This document shows positions 34,267 through 48,700 of a DNA stretch of 64,000 nt, one piece after another. The position numbers and the translations under genes were made by a program. The notes beneath the pieces are model-generated. The model did no database searches, was not told where the DNA came from, and was given only the letters and a program-made list of their open reading frames with translations. The stretch comes from Balanoglossus misakiensis. Taxonomy: Eukaryota; Animalia; Hemichordata. How positions within the stretch are numbered: position 1 is the stretch's first letter; the number at the start of each line of letters is the position of its first letter. Where the stretch lies: contig CM082591.2 of the NCBI GenBank assembly GCA_040954595.2, positions 7,430,047-7,494,046 of the forward strand, written 5' to 3'.

Positions 34267-36793
34267 ATGTCTGAACCATCTGCAGCACTGGTTGTATTGA
34301 AATCATGGGACAAGGAGGCAAAGACCTCCCAACCAACTCAAGCTATAATCAAACATCTCAAAGAAAACACACTCCAGTCTGAGAACATTTCTGAATTCCT
34401 CTGTACTACCCTTGAAGTTGAAGTGAGTGAAGAACAAAAGAAAGATGCAGGAAGTGTTGGTGCTACTTTGATCCCAGCTATAAGAGACAAGAGATTGGAT
34501 CTTCATGAAGACCCCCCTGGAGTACCTTGGCTTTTTCACCATGGTACATACTTCCCAAGACTGAAGAAACTGAAAAACATCCAACATGTAGTTGGATATT
34601 CTCCACAGACACAGAATGCAGCCAAAGCAATTCATGAAAGTCTCTTCCCAGAAGCCAAACTTCATCAACTCAGTCTTCCTGAACCACCACCTGTGGCAGC
34701 ATTAATGGTCATGCAAACCTGGCAGACAGAATCAGAAGATCAGACAACAACACCAACTCATCAGCTTGTCACTAAACTTCGAGAAGAAACCCTGAAGTCA
34801 GAGAAAGTTTCTCAATCCTACTGTACTACACTTGATGTTGATGTGAGTGAAGAACAAAGGAAAGATGCAGAGAAAATTGATGTTACTTTGATCCCAGCTA
34901 CAAAAAGCGATTGGTTAGATCTTCATGAAGACCCTCCTGGAGTAAACTGGCTTGTTAACCATAGCATTTACTTCCCAGGACTGGAGGATCTGAAAAATAT
35001 CCAGCATGTAGTCGGATATTCTCCAAACACACACAAAGCAGCAGCTGCAATTCGTAAAAGTCTCTTCCCTGAAGCCAAACTTCACCAACTCTCACTTCCT
35101 GAACCGCCAGCTGCAGCGTTACTGCTACTACCAACCTGGGACACAACCTCAGAAGGGCAGATTACAAAACCAAGTCATATGCTTGTCAATGAGTTCCATG
35201 AAAAGATAAAGTCTGAGAATGTTTCTGAATTCCCCTGTACTACCCTTCAAGTTAAAGTGAGTGAAGAACAAAAGAAAGATGCAAAGAGTGTGAATGTCAA
35301 TTTGATTCCAGCCAAAAGAAACAAGTGGTTGGATCCAAAGAAAGATCCACCTGGAGAACACTGGCTTGTCAGTCACTCAATCTACTACCCAGGACTGAAG
35401 AAACTGAAAAACATCCAACATGTAGTAGGATATTCTCCACAGACAAACAATGCAGCCAAAGCAATTCATGAAAGTCTCTTCCCTGAAGCCAAACTTCATC
35501 AACTCCATCTTCCAGATCCACCTCCTGGAGCACTGTTTGTGTATAATGAATGGAACAAAGAAGATTGTGGCTTGACTGGGTTTCACATAACTCTTGTACA
35601 AGATTTCTGTAAAAGGAAAACCAAAGGAGGAAGAGCTTACTCCACTCTGGTTGGTGTCAAAGTCAGTGATGACCAGAAGGCAGATGCTGCCAAGTGTCGG
35701 GTTACATTGATTCCAGCACAACAACCAGAAGACAAAACTGAACCAGAAGAAGATCAGCCACATTTAAAATGGTTGACGAAATATCATGAAATCTACTACC
35801 ATCACCTCAGACAGCTACAAAACATCAAGTATGTTGTTGGGTATGCTCCGAGGACTGGATTCGCTGCTGCAAATATCAGAAAAAAAATGTTTCCTGATGC
35901 AGAATTAGTGATGATCAACCATGCCTATGAAGAACGCAACTGTATATTGAAACAACCAAAAGGGAAGTTCAGTGAAATGATGCTGAAGCTGGCCAGTGAA
36001 GCTGACGTCATATTTTCAATTGGTCCAAGTATGTATGAGCATTTCAAGAATGAATACCGAGCTACCTTTGATGGCAGGGAACTACACATGATCCCTCATG
36101 AAGAGATTTTTCCCAGACCTGCTGAAGTCTTTTTCAGAAAAGACCCAACATTCCTAGATGAAGTGACAACTCACAGCATACTGACATACGGGCAGATTGA
36201 TACACAAGAAGCCTTGGACAGATGTGAGACAATAGCAGCTGCTATTGGAAGTGCAGCAAACACGGTGAAAGACTTTCACAACAAACTTCTGAATTGGTCA
36301 ATACGTGGAGCAGGTGAGGCTGAACTGAAGCATATTCTACAGCAGATGAACAGCAATCATGTAATGGCATATCCTCACCCAGATTACTCAGAAAAGACCT
36401 TATTGATATCAGTGCATCAATCTCACAGTTGTCTTCCTGTCTCTGTCTACAAGGACTATCCATATAGCGGTTTAGAATCTATAGCAGTTGGACTACCAAC
36501 CTATCCTGATGAATATTCCCAGCTTGGAAAGTTAGTCAAGAAATACTTTCCATACCACGCAGACAAATTTGTAGTGTCACACTCATCTGATAAGATTTCA
36601 AAGAAGATAATATGGAGTGTCAAGAACACCAGGTTAGCTTTTGAAGAAGCTAAGGAGCTGAAGAAGGCTCTCATGGAGTGTGCAGATGTCAACACGTGTT
36701 ACGCCAAATTCACCAGTTTGTTGACACCAGAGGAAATAAGGGAACAGGAAGACAGAGTTGACCCATGTGGCAAGGATACAACAAATCCTGCAG
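34267..36793 (+). CDS. Large exon: 3 partial GT repeats plus GT4-like domain, copy 2
   Basis: [13 protein letters not shown]...; paralog of 5993-8519; donor gcag|gtatgg. Confidence 0.82.
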
Positions 36794-39700
36794 GTATGGG
36801 ACATTATAAATAGTTTGCCATCAATGCTTTGGTTCAGGATACAGTTATGTGGTTCTGTTTCTTGACCTGCAAGACTATAGTCAATTTTTAATTCTTTACT
36901 ATTGTATTAGTGGATTAATTCTCCTCCAACCCAATCATGGCTTCTGCACTGTTTGAAGTTTGAATTATCATATACACATTATATACCGGTACATATACAG
37001 ATCTTAACTATTGGTCTTGTTAGCTCAGCTGCAAATAAATTATTAATATCAACCAGGTGCTTTGTTTTTCAAAATGCCATGTTCCCTTATACAATGAACG
37101 GACTACCACAAGTGGTATGTCCATGCATGCTCATACCAAACAGAAATTAAGACTGATGCAGTGTGTGTGTGGATGGATTAATTGTGCATATTAGTTCACT
37201 ATGCAATGTTGTCTCTTACTCAATTGCTTAATTGTTCGTTCTACCTGTCATCACCCATAGATAATCCCACTGACACAAAAATTGCAATCCACGTCCAACT
37301 GGATGAAAATGTCTACCAGGAGTATCTAGCAGAAAATGGGGGCCAGAATGAGGAAAGACAGCAAACTATATCTACAGCTTGGAACAACTGCCAACAAGAG
37401 TTGAACAGAAGAGCAGCTGATGTGGTATCCAATAGTGACGACATCAACAAAGTCAAGAAGGCCTGCACTGACAAACTGGGTGAAGTGGACATAACAAATA
37501 TGGAAACAGGGTCTCTGCAAATCACAGCCAACATGCGTAGACTTTATAATCTCTACAGATTGCGGGGAAGCTGTCTTGAAGATTCAAGAAGTTTAGCCAA
37601 GGCATTAGAACCAATCTTGATGACAGATGAAATGACAGAGGCCAACACAGCTGGAATCCCACTACAGTTGATAGCTACATATGACCAAGCCAGGTTTGAT
37701 GAACTGGAACTATTCTTTCTGAACAGTAAGATTTGTTTATCAGAGAATGCAATAAATCTCTCAGACTATTGATCAAACCAGAAAAAAATTCAATTCAGGA
37801 CAAAATGTGATGGTTGTTAATAATAGCACTTATTGATTAAATGTTCTCCAAAAGAGACAAACATCACTCTGAAATCATAGACAATAGAATTATTAAACAG
37901 CAGAACTTGATTTGATAAAGATTTAATGGTTAACATATCTACATTCCTCAACATATTATTGTATTATTATCTTTCAGGAGATGGTGGAGGAATAGGACCA
38001 GTGGTATGTGACGACAACGTAGACGATGAATATGTCAATGAGATACTGGCTGAGGTATGCATTGTAATTTTAACCCTTAAAATGGCACACCTGATCAATT
38101 GCAAGCCAAGTTGCTCTTGCATAATTGTCTTCAAGAGCAATATCAGCTGCACAGGTCAATACCGGTTGACCCGTTGAGAATCTGGTGACTGTGAGGTATT
38201 TGAGTGATGGGTATTATATCATGTGGTCAAAATAGTATTTCTGGGATGTGCACTTCAACAGTTTCCATGTCATTTATATATAGTTGTCAAATTATAAAAG
38301 TGTTCATTTCTTGCAATTTCAGATTGACAGAACACACCTGACTTTGCAACGGGAGTTAACAGAAAAATATTCTGACACTGAACACACTGGCCTGAAACAA
38401 AGTGAGTGATATTACCATCATTTCAGTCAATGACAACAAACTTACATTTAGGCTTCATAAATATTCAAAGATTCAAAAAATACTGGCATAAAAGGTGTTT
38501 AGATATATCCAAATTTTCCTTGATGATACACATTTGACTTGGCGTTGCACTTACTTTTTTACCACATGAACAATGTAGGAAGGTTTTTGTTGTGGCCATA
38601 AAAATTGATATCTCGTTATATTTTGTTAACTTGTAATGATGAGCTGTGATATGAAAGAAACAATTGTCAGCCAACATTAACATTCTACTATACATTGCAC
38701 AGTACCGGTACACCATTTGTTCTTTCTGAATCACCAGTTTGATTTGATGCTTGAAAGATTGATGTGCCAAGACTAAAACCCTGATTTTGTTTGTATTTTG
38801 CAGGTGGGATATTATCCAAGTTGTTGTTCCTTGAGATTGATCCGACACGAGAAATCCAAAAGTCAGCTGACAAATATGCACCTCTGATACTCAACAGTGA
38901 GCAGTGTAAAAGACAGAAAGGAAGAGAGTTTGACATCATACAACTTACAGTGAAAATGACCGAGAAAGTTCAGCATATCCTATCTCACAGACCTCAAGTC
39001 TTAGAGTTACTGGGTGTTAGAAGGTACCTAATGACTGACACAGAAAGCTTTGATTTCAGTGACTCAGGTAATTCACAAATATGATGCAAACAGCACATTT
39101 ACTTTACAAGGGAAGTATGTTTGTTGCACTTTGTAAAGAAAAGTAAATGGGCACATACACAGCTATGCACTGGTGTGCAACATGAATGAAACTTTACAAT
39201 AGTTATGCAATAATATTATTCTCTACGTGTGTGTGACCGCCAAAGCTTTTCCGATATATTCAAAAGTCAGAGTCGAGTTTCCATGTACGGGTCTTCGGTT
39301 TATTATCGATAAATCGATCGAGTGATCACTGAATGCGACCGTACGAGACTGTACACAATAGTCGAAAGACTTCGAAAGACGAGACTGTGAACAGACCTCG
39401 ATGCGAATGGACCGAGAACGAATAATCTATACCGTAATAGACCTTGTCTCGAATAAATCTAGTTAGACCAAGACCGAGTAAACCTCGGTACGAATAGACC
39501 GTAAAAACTGAAACATCAATACAATTACAAAATGTCAAATCGAAAGAATTACATGTACGAAAATCGAGAATGATTTCAATCGAAACAGATATGTGCAAGC
39601 AACACAGTTCGATGTACGTGACTGATGTACATGATGTAGACAACTCGTCAAAGTCTGATTACAATAAAGTTTTCACGAAAATACAATTCATATCTGTAAG

Positions 39701-42700
39701 AATACCGAAAGATATATTACCTCGCTGGCGACTTGTAAAGCCTTGTGGTCGGGTAGTTTCGAAATACGAATGAAAAATCGAAGGGTACGAAACGAGAGAC
39801 GAGGGTGTACTTCACCGTCCCATAGCAAAGTCGAAAACACGAGGTAAAATGTGTAGTGATATGACAATCGTAGATGGACTACTTTTAAAACTTTTGGGCG
39901 AAATATGGTTTGTCGATGTGTTCACAATGACCTTCAAAGGTACACACAAAGTCACAACATCTTTCTCTGTGAAAATTAAGTCTACAATATCGAAACTCGT
40001 AACAGAAAGGGAACTATTTTTAACGGGTAAGGTTTCAAAGCAGCAAAACGTTCGTGCATATCCCTCATTATTAAAATACGAAATTCCTTTGTTTTTGCAT
40101 GGCTTCAGCCACACTCCCCCCAAAAATCACATTGATTTTACCTAATCGAAACACTGAAACCAACTACTGAAAACGTCCAAGCTATTTATCAGCTCTCCCT
40201 TGTGTCGCTGAAAACAACTTACCTTAGCATGTCTCTGCTAATGGATTCTCTACCAATAAAACAAGCTTATGAATAGGCCTTTCTAAAATTGTTGCCTTGT
40301 CTACTTTCTTACCTTGTTTCGAGAGGTTGGGATCACCCACAAGGATAGTAACTCTGCGTATCAAGCAATCATCATCGCGCAAAGTGTCTATTACTTTCGC
40401 AAGTCTCCACTGATTTCTCACAGTGTCATCTTCCTTAAGAAGTACGATATTTTCAACTTCAAGATTTCGCTTCGTTTCCTGCCACTTCTGTCTGGCCTGT
40501 AGATTCTGTAAGTATTCCTTACGCCATCTTGTCCAGAACTCGTTCGCAAGATACTGAACAGCACGCTATCGTTTCCTGGCATACAGATCTTCTCTGACGA
40601 AGTTGCCGGGCGGTGGCAAAATCACATCCGATTTCATAGTCAGCAGCTGATTTGGAGTAAGAGGCATCGGTCCAGTAGGGTCGTTCAAGTTCTCTGCTGA
40701 TAAGGGTCGACTATTCACAATCGCCATTGCTTCATACATCAGAGTACGAAGAGACGAAGTGTTCAATCTGGATCCCATCTTTTCCAGAATTCCTGCGAGA
40801 ACGTTTCTGACCGACCGTATTTGACGTTCCCAAACGCCTCCCATATGACTCGAGGAGGGTGAATTGAAAACGAATTCACACTGTCGTTTGGACAACGTAT
40901 CTTTGATTCTTCCTTCGTCGAGCGCTTGCAGTCCAAGCTGAAGCTCATTCCTGGCTCCTACGAAATTGGATCCCCGATCACAACGCAAGTGTCGTACGGG
41001 GCCTCTGATAGCGATGAATGTGCGAAGCGAATTCAGAAATGCATCGGTTGACATTTCTTCGACAACCTCTATGTGTATGGCTCGAAGCGCTAGGCAAGTG
41101 AAAATGACACCATATCGTTTCACATCACTGCGACGTTCCTTGACGACGAAAGGTCCAAAGCAGTCCATTCCACAATAGATAAATGGCGGCGATGGCTCGA
41201 GACGATCTTTGGGCAAATCTGCCATTCTCTGTGTGTTGGCTTTGCCTCTGAGTTTCCTACACTGAACACACTTGTGTATATACGAAGCGACTGCTGCGTT
41301 GCAGTTGATGATCCAGAATCCACACAATCTGAGTTTGTTCACTGTAATACCACGTCCCTGGTGGGCCACTTGCTCATGACACCATCTGATAAGCAGTGTA
41401 GTCACGTGACTCTTTCGAGGTAGAATAATAGGGTGCTTGACATAGTCAGGCATGGAGGATCTACTCAGTCTGCCTCCAACTCTGAGTATCTGATGATCAT
41501 CTAGGTATGGGTTCAATGGGTACAGGTGACTGTTACGTTTCACCATCGAGGGTTCACTGTCTTCTGACGTGCGCAATTTCAATGACTCTATTTCTTCTTT
41601 GAAAGCTTCCTGTTGGGCCCATGCCACGATGGCCATGGTAGCTCTCTGTCTTGTTTCTCCGGAAACGATTTCCTTTCGCTTTCCCTTCCCGGATACATAG
41701 CGATACAAGGTGGCGAATGCTCCTACAACCTTGTTCCAATCCGAAAATCGCTCTACACGATGTAACATGGATGACGTTGCAGTCGAGGAAGTCATCAATG
41801 TTCTGGTACTCTTTACCTCGGGATCATCTGCTGACACCTGTGCGTCTACCTGAGTGGAAAGAGGAAGCTCTTTGTCCCACAAAAAGGCAGGACCTCTAAA
41901 CCAATTGGATTTCATCAGTCCATCAACGCCGAGTCCACGAGATGCATGATCTGCAGGGTTTTCCTCAGTGTGGACATAGCGCCACTGCTCTGGCTGAGAT
42001 GATTCTTTAATTCTTTGTATACGATTCGCGACATATATGTGGAAGCGGCGAGCTTCATTTCCTATGTAGCCGAGTACCACTTTCGAGTCTGTCCAGTAGA
42101 AGTTCTCCATCAATGGGTAATCCAACTCTTTGTTCAGTAGATTGCTGACCTGTATAGAAACAACAGCAGCTTGAAGTTCCAATCGAGGAACAGTAATGGG
42201 TTTCAAAGGGGCGACTCTAGCCTTTCCCATCACGAGCGAACAATGAATATTATCTAGACTGTCGACTAGTCTGATATACGAACACTGACCATAACCTGTC
42301 AGGCTGGCATCCGAGAAATGGTGAAGCTCAACTTTCTTCACTGGTCCGAAATGTTGCGGCTTGAAGCATCTTCTTATCTTCAAGTCGTCTAGCTTGGGCA
42401 ACTCAGCAAGCCATGATTCCCACCTCGGACGTAAATCGTCTGACAAGGGATCATCCCAATCGGTTCCTTTCTTGCACATCTCTTGCAAGATCCGTTTTCC
42501 TCGAAGTACGAAAGGTGCGAGAAATCCGACAGGATCGAAAACAGATGCTACTGCCGAAAGTATTCCACGACGAGAAGGCGAGTGCATCTTGACGATAGGC
42601 GAAAAATGAAACGAGTCTGACTCAACGCGCCACTCGATTCCAAGTGCTCTTTCGATAGGTAGCTCACTGAACGACAAATCCAAATCCTTGACGTTCTTGG

Positions 42701-45700
42701 CACGCTCTGAAATAGGGACAGATTCCATTGTAGTTCTGTCATTCGATATGAACTTGTGCAGACGTAAATTTCCTTCTGCGCAAAGGTTGCGAACATCCTG
42801 TATAAGTTGGACCGCCTCTGATGCCGTCTCGAGACTATGGAGACCATCATCAACATAGAAATTCTTTGCGACGAAATCTACTGCGCTCTTTCCGTGCTGT
42901 GGGTTGTCCTTGGCCACTTGTCGAAGTCCGTAGTTCGCGCATCCTGGCGAGGACACAGCGCGGAATAGGTGAACGTTCATCCTGTAGGTAACTGGTTCCG
43001 AGTCGACATTACCATCTCTCCACCAAAGAAATCGGAGATAGTTTCTGTCATCTTTCTTTACTCTGAATCTGTGGAACATACGCTCGATGTCACACATGAC
43101 TGCGATGTTCTCTTTGCGAAAACGACAAAGTACACCGATGAGGGAATTTATCTGATCCGGTCCCTGCAACAAATGATCGTTGAGGCTCGTTCCCTTGAAC
43201 CTTGCACTACACGACTACACGACACGAATCTTGTCTGGTTTTTTAGGGTGATACACCCCATGGTGTGGAATATACCACATCGATCCATCATGTGTATTCT
43301 GGTCGTCGACCAGTTCCGCATCTCCTGACGCGATAATGTCTTCCATGAAGTTTCTGTAGTCATTCAGATACTTTGGGTTTGACTTGAAGCGCGTTTTCAA
43401 GTACTGAAGTCTCTGCTACGCTATACATCTGTTGTTTGGGAGCGCTGGTCTATCTTGTCTGAATGGAAGTGGCATTGTATAGAATCCATCTGGTTCTTTC
43501 GAAATACCATTTTCCATGATCTTCAAAAATTGAATGTCGTCTTGAGACATGACGGTTTCTTCAACTCTTTGTTCGTTGAAGTCCGATTCGAGAATTCTCA
43601 CCACGTCCAAAGGGTTGAGGACTTGCTCCTTGGCTGAAGTCTTAAAGGCATAACGAACTGCCGACGAATGAGACTCTTCCATACGAAGTCTCTGCTGACT
43701 GTCTACACCTGGTTGTAGACCGTCTGGTATCACCTTTGTAAGTACTCTATGGGTAAAACTGAAGACATCTTCCCTTTCATCTCGATGTGTAAGATGTCCG
43801 ACGATGCTCCATCCTAAGTCTGTCTCTACTGCGAATGGCTGATTTCCACTGCCTGTGACACAGCTACGAGGTGCTAGGGCTTGAGGACAATCATAACCTA
43901 TCAACAGACCAACTTCACATTTCTGTTGAGGATGAATACGAGTAGCGATTTCTCTAAGATGAGGCCACCCATTGGCCATATCACGAGTGGGTATGTGCGA
44001 TTTTTCCACTGGTATGTAATCAAGCGAATACGTAGTGGGCAACGGAACTATTTTGTCACAGTCAAACCCGCGAACTCTGAGTTTGCGATACTTGTGACAG
44101 GCAACAACCTTGTTGCTCGTTGTCATGGTTGTCATACGGAGGTTTGCTGGCTCAGATGCTGTATGTAGCTGTTCAGTGACATGATCCAACACGAAAGTAG
44201 TATCTGACTGTGTGTCCAACAGCGCGTACACTAGAATCTCTCTGTTCGGTTCTTCGTATCCAGAAATCCACACTGAAACGATCATCGACGAAATAGACTT
44301 TCCTCGCGGGCAAGTCACACCATAGCAGTCCGCTTTCTTCATTTCGGGTGTGGTTTCTTTTCTGTGGTCTCGCACTGGAGACTGAACAGTGCTCATGGTT
44401 TTGTTCATGGACGAATGCAGACTGGTGGGATGTTTCCTACTGCATTTCCTGCAAACGCCACGGGATTTGCAGTTCTTTGAGATGTGCCCCGTGTTTAGAC
44501 ATCTGAAGCAGTAACCGCCCTTTCGAACAAATTCCTGTCTATCGGACATAGGCGTGGAAGCGAAGCTATAACATTCCTGTATAGCGTGCCCAGTCTTTTT
44601 GCAGAAAACACACGACTGGTTTACCGCCCCTGGTTTTGCTGTGGTCGAGAGCGTACGTGCACCTGGGTTGCGCCTCCTGGTGCTGGTCGAGTTTTCTGTG
44701 GGTCTCTGTCCGTTGGTGACCTCAGCGAGCCGATTGAGGTCAATGGGTCACATGCAATATCTGCCTCTTCCTCCATGAAGCAGACAAATCTTTTGAATGG
44801 GGGGTATGCGTTTGTAGTCTTCTTTATTTTTGCTACGATCCTGCTCCATCTGTTTACGAGCCAGTCTGGTAACTTCTTGAGCATTTTCCTATTTTCGTGG
44901 ATATCGTTCAGCACTGCGAGGTCTGGGATATCCTTCATCGCAATCCGGCATTGTTTCAAGAAGTCTGCGAACTTTCGCAATGCCTTCCCGTCCTTGCCGG
45001 AGATTCTCGGCCATCTTTCGATTTTTTCTCTAAAGGCCTCTGTTACGGCGAAAGAATTACCGTATCGTTCTTCCAGAATCATTCTCGCCTCGTCATATGC
45101 CCCTTCACTTCGGAGTAAGAAGCATCCGACGACTGCTTCCTTAGCAGGACCACCCAAATACTTCTTCAGGTGATGGATTCTTTCGATTGGTGGGACCCCT
45201 CGTGATTCAACTTAGGTGATGAAAGACGATATCCAATCTGGATAAGAAAGTGGGTCTCCCATGAACATTGGTGGTTCGGGTGTAGCAAGTCTGCTCAAGG
45301 ACACAGATGTTGCCAAGGCTTCTGTCAATACCTTGAGGTCTTCTCTGTTCTCCGATGGGCGATATTCATTTGCTGTTGCACATAGTGTATAATCTTGTCG
45401 TTTCAGTTGCGACGTCGACGGCTTGGTAGTCGGCGGGGTGACTGGTTCTGATTTTACAGTACGCGCGGGAATATGAGCAGCTGGGGCGACTGGCTGATCG
45501 GTTCGGTCTTCACGACAGGCAACTCGCTTGTCACCGGTGGCAACATAGTCTTCGCTAATGGCAGGTTGTCAAGTAGTTCTTCCTTTTCACAAGCGGCTAT
45601 CTTCGCTTTCTCCACATGCAGTTCTCCTACTAATTTCTGTCTTTCTAACACTCTTCTCTTACGACGTATTTCTGCCTCCAAGTGTTCCAATTCCTCTTCA

Positions 45701-48700
45701 TGTGCAGTCTCTTAATGTTTTGCCTCGATTTCCGCCTGTAGGGCAGCTGCCCTGACAGCAGCGTTTCTCCGTATTGATGACATACTGGAAGAGCTGGATC
45801 GTTTGGATGACCTAGAGCTCGACTTTGTGTGGTGTGAAGGCACGGATCCGAATGAAACTGAGCTATGAGCATCGGCTCGCGCAATCAGTCGCTGTGCATA
45901 ATTGATGACACTATCCGCGCGCAAATTCAAACGATCGACGGCTTTCAAAACATCCTCTAAGGGGGTGTCTGACACGGCGCGTATCTGATCATGAATTTCA
46001 ATCAAAACAGTGCGCTCCATTTCTTTCAAAATAGTATACACGTTTTCCACAGACTCCTTGTCGAATATGTCAGGGTTGTTCACACATGACAACAACCGAT
46101 TGTGAGTACGCCAGAACTGCTTCTCCAAGTCGATTAACTTACCTTTCCTAGCTTTCTCAGTAAGCTTGGTACTCATTCTGACCTGCGTAATGTGTACACA
46201 TTTTCATCCATAATTTCTACATTTGTTTCATGAATCTCTGCCTTTGTTACAATTTGATCTGTTTCATCAGGCTTACCTTGATCATCAGCGGTTGGCACTG
46301 ATTCCCGTGTGTCCTTTTCGGCCATAGTTGAACTTGGGTGAACACAACTAGAGAGCTGAAACAATCACTGTGACTATTCAGTGTAGATACAAATTTGGAA
46401 ATCTAAACCCGAGGGAGTAACTACACAAGCAATTTGATGCCGGGTACTGACAGTGAACAATTTCAAACACTTTGACAAATACAAACTGTGTGAGTTTCAA
46501 CAAAGGAGACTCTTTGTATCGCAAAGGCTGATGCGAATGACACTTATGTGCACAATTTTGGGACATTGAGAAAACTAAATATTCAATTCGCACATGCACA
46601 CAAGCCAAAATTGACAATAATAATGTTCAAAGTCAATGTTCAATACTATGTCCTAATTCTGAAGGAGAGTGTCCAAAATGTTCAATCTGCTGCTTCTGTT
46701 AACAGTCGCTGAACATCACTCTTCTCTGCAGTCTGTGATCTTCATGGGTTGATTCAACAGTAGGGTAATAGGCGAATACTGGCTGAACCATGTAAAGGCG
46801 CCCTCAACGACGAGTCTTCGGCTGAAGCGATGACGTCACACGCAACGATGTAGGACGATAATTTCACCTCCAGATCGAACAGCAATAAAATCGTTGAAAG
46901 ACTTACGTCCCTTCCGAGTTCTGTTTCGAAGGTCCGAGTTCCTACTCGCGCTCGAGTTTTTACTGTGACCGCCATAGCTTTTCCGATATATTCAAAAGTC
47001 AGAGTCGAGTTTCCATGTACGGGTCTTCGGTTTATTATCGATAAATCGATCGAGTGATCGCTGAATGCGACCGTACGAGACTGTACACAATAGTCGAAAG
47101 ACTTCGAAAAACGAGACTGTGAACAGACCTCGATGCAAATGGACCGAGAACGAATAATCTATACCGTAATAGACCTTGTCTCGAATAAATCTAGTTAGAC
47201 CAAGACCGAGTAAACCTCGGTACGAATAGACCGTAAAAACTGAAACATAAATACAAATACAAAATGTCAAATCGAAAGAATTACATATACAGAAAATCGA
47301 GAATGATTTCAATCGAAACAGATATGTGCAAGCAACACAGTTCGATGTATGTGACTGATGTACATGATGTAGACAACTCGATCGTCAAAGTCTGATTACA
47401 ATAAAGTTTTCACGAAAATACAATTCATATCTGTAAGAATACCGAAAGATATATTACCTCGCTGGCGACTTGTAAGCCTTGTGGTCGGGTAGTTTCGAAA
47501 TACGAATGAAAAATCGAAGGGTACGAAACGAGAGACGAGGGTGTACTTCACCGTCCCATAGCAAAGTCGAAAACACGAGGTAAAATGTGTAGTGATATGA
47601 CCATCGTAGATGAACTACTTGTAAAACTTTTGGGCGAAATATGGTTTGTCGATGTGTTCACAATGACCTTCAAAGTTACACATAAAGTCACAACATCTTT
47701 CTCTGTGAAAATTAAAAGTCTACAATATCGAAACTCGTAACAAAAAGGGGACTATTTTTAACGGGTAAGGTTTCAAAGCAGCAAAACGTTCGTGCATATC
47801 CCTCATTATTAAAATACGAAATTCCTTTGTTTTTGCATGGCTTCAGCCACAGTGTGATAATTATGGAACTTAATACATGTCCAAGGTTACTTGATATCAA
47901 TAACATATTTATCTACATTCTTCATTTCAGAGTTTGAAGATGAAATCACACTACATGGAAGACCAATTCATCCCATACCAGCTGAATCTATCAGCTTTCA
48001 AGCAAAAAGCTTACTGCCCTTTGAAGCTAGTGCAGATCAGCTCAAAGAACTAAAACAACTGTTGGATGGGTCCCTGACAGAGAAGTCTAAAATTCAGACT
48101 GAGGCAGTTGAGAATAAGAGAAAGGTAGTTAAAGAAATCACTAAACTGCAGACAGACAAAATGATTCTAGAGAATCAGTTGGAAGAAGCACTTCAGGAAA
48201 AGTCACTCTTAGAAGAGCAGTACAAACAGAAACTTGCAAGTGTTGAGAAAGTAGCCTCAACACAACTTCTGGATGTCATTTCCTTGAAGCAAAGATTGAG
48301 AGAATCAGACCCTAGAAACATCCAAGAATTACAATCTAAACTTGAACAACAAGAACAAACCATAACTGAGCTAAAGTCAAAATTATCCAAAATTCAGGAT
48401 GAGCAATCTGACTCTGAGCTGCAACTGAAAACTGCTAAAACTCTTCAACTGCAAGAAGATGCAAAATTGGAAACTGGACAAGGTGAGATTGATATAAATC
48501 TGCTTCAATTATTCCTGCATCAAGAAACCCTTGGTCAAATAAAATCTTCCAGCTCATATAGATTATAAAAAATTGCAAGTTTTCATTGTTGTAAGGATTA
48601 ACCAAGTACTTAACATTTAATTTAAAATATTTGTAGGCAAACTCACACCATCTGATGTGCCTCTCAAGAAAGATGACACAGGAGACATATCACCAGTAAC